A stretch of DNA of 64,000 bases from a virus (Duplodnaviria > Caudoviricetes), in the IMG/VR virus record IMGVR_UViG_3300025580_000039, positions 5,619 through 69,618 of that record. One strand, given 5' to 3'. Shown one piece after another: positions 62,312 through 64,000 of the stretch. The notes beneath the pieces are model-generated. The model made no database searches. It had not been told where the DNA came from and saw only the letters and a list, made by a program, of their open reading frames with translations. Position numbers and translations under genes: made by a program. Numbering within the stretch: the stretch's first letter is position 1; every line of letters starts with the position of its first letter.

Positions 62312-63649
62312 CTAGAAGTCCTCACCGTCCGCGAGCCACTGGAGCGGCCGCTTGCCTGCCAGGAGCGCGCCACCGGCCTCCTGGACCGCCTGGGTGGCCC
62401 AGGCGCCCTTCAAGTCGGCCTCGTGGGCCGCGCGCGTCACCGCGTTGACGAGCCCCACCTTGGTCGCTTCCGGTTCTTTGGCCCATGCGCCCATCAGCAC
62501 CTCGATGGCGCCGGTCCGGCGGAACCCGGGGAGCTGGAGCTTGCCACCCACCAGGAGGCCGCGGAACACGCCCGCGACCAGCTCGGGGGTGGTCAGGCCC
62601 TCGGGAACGTCCCGGACGATGCCGGGGGCCGTCAGCTTGGTGCGCGCCGCCCCAGCCCACATCTCGGCGAAGTAGCGGACTCGGTCGGTCGCGAGCTTGA
62701 GGTTCTCGAAGAGGAACTCGGCGATATTGTTGCCGACGTGCCGCTTCTTGCCCAGCCGCACCTCCGGGTGGTCGAGGATGATGAGGTTGAGGCACAGGTT
62801 GCGGTCGAGCCCAGCAAACGGCTCGATCGACTGGGTGCCGTCATCGGCCGACCGGAGTCCCGCGGCCGCGCGGAAAATCTCGCCCGCCGCACACGTCTCC
62901 GGCTGGATGTCGGAGTGCCAGCGGAGCGCGATCTCGACCCTGTCGCCGTCGTACTGGACCTCGCAGCGGGCGTCGCCCGGCGCGACCTCCTGTTCGAGCA
63001 TGATGGAAGCGAGCTGGTGGGTGTCGAGTGCGCTGTACCGCTCCGACACGATCGCGTACGCCTGCCGGCCGTTCCCGCTGAGTGCCAGGTTCGAGCGGTG
63101 CCGGATGACCGCCACCTTCTCGGCGTCGGTCTCGCGGATCCACGCGTTGACCTCGGCGGCCCGGCGGGCTGGCGGGACGGTCGCGAGGTAGACGGCGGCT
63201 GCCCCGGGCTCCGGGCAGGCCGTGCGGGCGAGGAGCTGACGGAACGACGTCTCCGTGAGGGCGAGGGGGGAGCCTCCGCGCGTGATCGTCCCGGTCGGGT
63301 CCATCACGAGATCGCGGATGCGGGTGTCCGTGTCGATCCGCCGCTCCAGCTTGACCCGGGCGATCAGGCGGGCGAGCGCGTCACTGGCGAGCGGGAGGCG
63401 CTCGAACTCCTGGCGGGACCGCCGGAAGTTCTCGGCGCCCACGTCGACGACGCGCGTGCCGAGCGCGAACACCGGGGGCTTGGGGGCGAAGCCGGCCGCC
63501 CGCGCGGCCGCCTCCTGGGCCATGAGGCGCTGGACGGCCTCGGGGTCGACCTCCCCACCAGCGATGGCATTGGCCCGCTTGGGGATCGTCATGTCCGAGA
63601 GGTTGAAGATGTTGGGAAGGGCGAGAGCCTGCTGTTGATCCGAATCCAT
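62312..63649 (-). CDS. DUF932-like phage protein, 445 aa
   Basis: AIVSERYS.LD, SADDGTQSI...G..R.LCLN.II, KRHVGN and ..V..VNAVTRAAH fit DUF932; AAAGGAG RBS. Confidence 0.75.
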   Translation of the reverse strand: MDSDQQQALALPNIFNLSDMTIPKRANAIAGGEVDPEAVQRLMAQEAAARAAGFAPKPPVFALGTRVVDVGAENFRRSRQEFERLPLASDALARLIARVKLERRIDTDTRIRDLVMDPTGTITRGGSPLALTETSFRQLLARTACPEPGAAAVYLATVPPARRAAEVNAWIRETDAEKVAVIRHRSNLALSGNGRQAYAIVSERYSALDTHQLASIMLEQEVAPGDARCEVQYDGDRVEIALRWHSDIQPETCAAGEIFRAAAGLRSADDGTQSIEPFAGLDRNLCLNLIILDHPEVRLGKKRHVGNNIAEFLFENLKLATDRVRYFAEMWAGAARTKLTAPGIVRDVPEGLTTPELVAGVFRGLLVGGKLQLPGFRRTGAIEVLMGAWAKEPEATKVGLVNAVTRAAHEADLKGAWATQAVQEAGGALLAGKRPLQWLADGEDF

Positions 63650-63717
63650 CCTGTTCTCCTTTGGTCAACCGGCCCCGCCTCATCGGCGGCTCCGGGATTT
63701 CCGAGTTGAGTGCGTCC

Positions 63718-63746
63718 ACCATACACCCGCTGGTTGCGGGTGTCAA
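63718..63746 (-). promoter_or_regulatory. Sigma70-type promoter TTGACA-N17-TATGGT with an inverted repeat in the spacer
   Basis: Consensus -35 and 17-nt spacer; CACCCGC-AACCA-GCGGGTG overlaps the -35 and spacer. Confidence 0.85.
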
Positions 63747-63750
63747 GTGT

Positions 63751-63999
63751 TCATTCGTACTCCACTGCTTCCTGGCCGGCGATTTCGCGCATCTGGACCT
63801 CGCAGGCGGCCGGGTCGTCACAGGGCAGCATCCCCCAGGCGATCGTGCAGAGCGCACACGAGCAGTTGACCTGGCCGTTGCGCCCGCAGATGTCCTGGTA
63901 GGCGATCGTCAGGGTGACGGCGTTGCCGCGGGGCCCGGGCGCCACCTTGTCCCAGTCGTCGGCCCAGCGGCCGCACGCGAGACACTGGATGTTGCCCTG
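63751..63999 (-). CDS. Cys-rich hypothetical protein, N-terminus off the window
   Basis: Frame is open from the window edge: QGNIQCLACGRW...ICG..VNCSCALC...PCDDPAAC...EYE*. Confidence 0.6.
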   Translation of the reverse strand, partial: QGNIQCLACGRWADDWDKVAPGPRGNAVTLTIAYQDICGRNGQVNCSCALCTIAWGMLPCDDPAACEVQMREIAGQEAVEYE

Positions 64000-64000
64000 A

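Noticed and set aside
1-64000. Stop-codon recoding, tRNA genes, integrase or att sites
   Set aside because: TAG, TGA and TAA all end genes at sensible junctions; no cloverleaf, recombinase motif or att-like repeat was recognised by eye (tRNAscan-SE would be decisive).

Overview
The whole 64 kb window is the virion-morphogenesis region of a large, high-GC, contractile-tailed (myovirus-like) bacteriophage, plus the edge of an early-gene region. Every credible gene is on the minus strand, many joined by TGATG/ATGA/GTGA overlaps. In transcription order (right to left): small early genes behind two sigma70-type promoters; capsid maturation protease/scaffold, decoration protein and HK97-type major capsid; a lysis-like membrane cassette with no endolysin; a head/neck-side appendage block (methyltransferase-GT2-TPR enzyme, two Ser/Thr/Asp 20-aa-repeat fibres, three paralogs); neck proteins; sheath; tube; frameshifted tail chaperone; two paralogous tape-measure genes; baseplate hub, spike and wedge; two HNH endonucleases; and a tail-side appendage block (1502-aa fibre, second glycosyltransferase, three paralogs flanked by two split-IPT proteins). 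No terminase, portal, integrase, tRNA or CRISPR array was seen. The most interesting observations are: (1) a candidate virion glycosylation system, with a transferase next to each fibre block and a GT2 whose DxD motif reads EAH; (2) tandem IscB-type PLMP/RRXRR domains with no nuclease, in frame with the gene after the capsid gene; (3) a four-copy bipartite promoter motif TTCTAAARTTCCG-N11-GGTAnnnT predicting leaderless or near-leaderless mRNAs; (4) a ~85-aa beta module reused 8 times in 6 virion genes and nested inside itself; (5) twin tape measures; (6) a standalone biotin-carrier domain. All family assignments come from motif recognition by eye; no database search was run. Several start codons were corrected relative to the ORF track.
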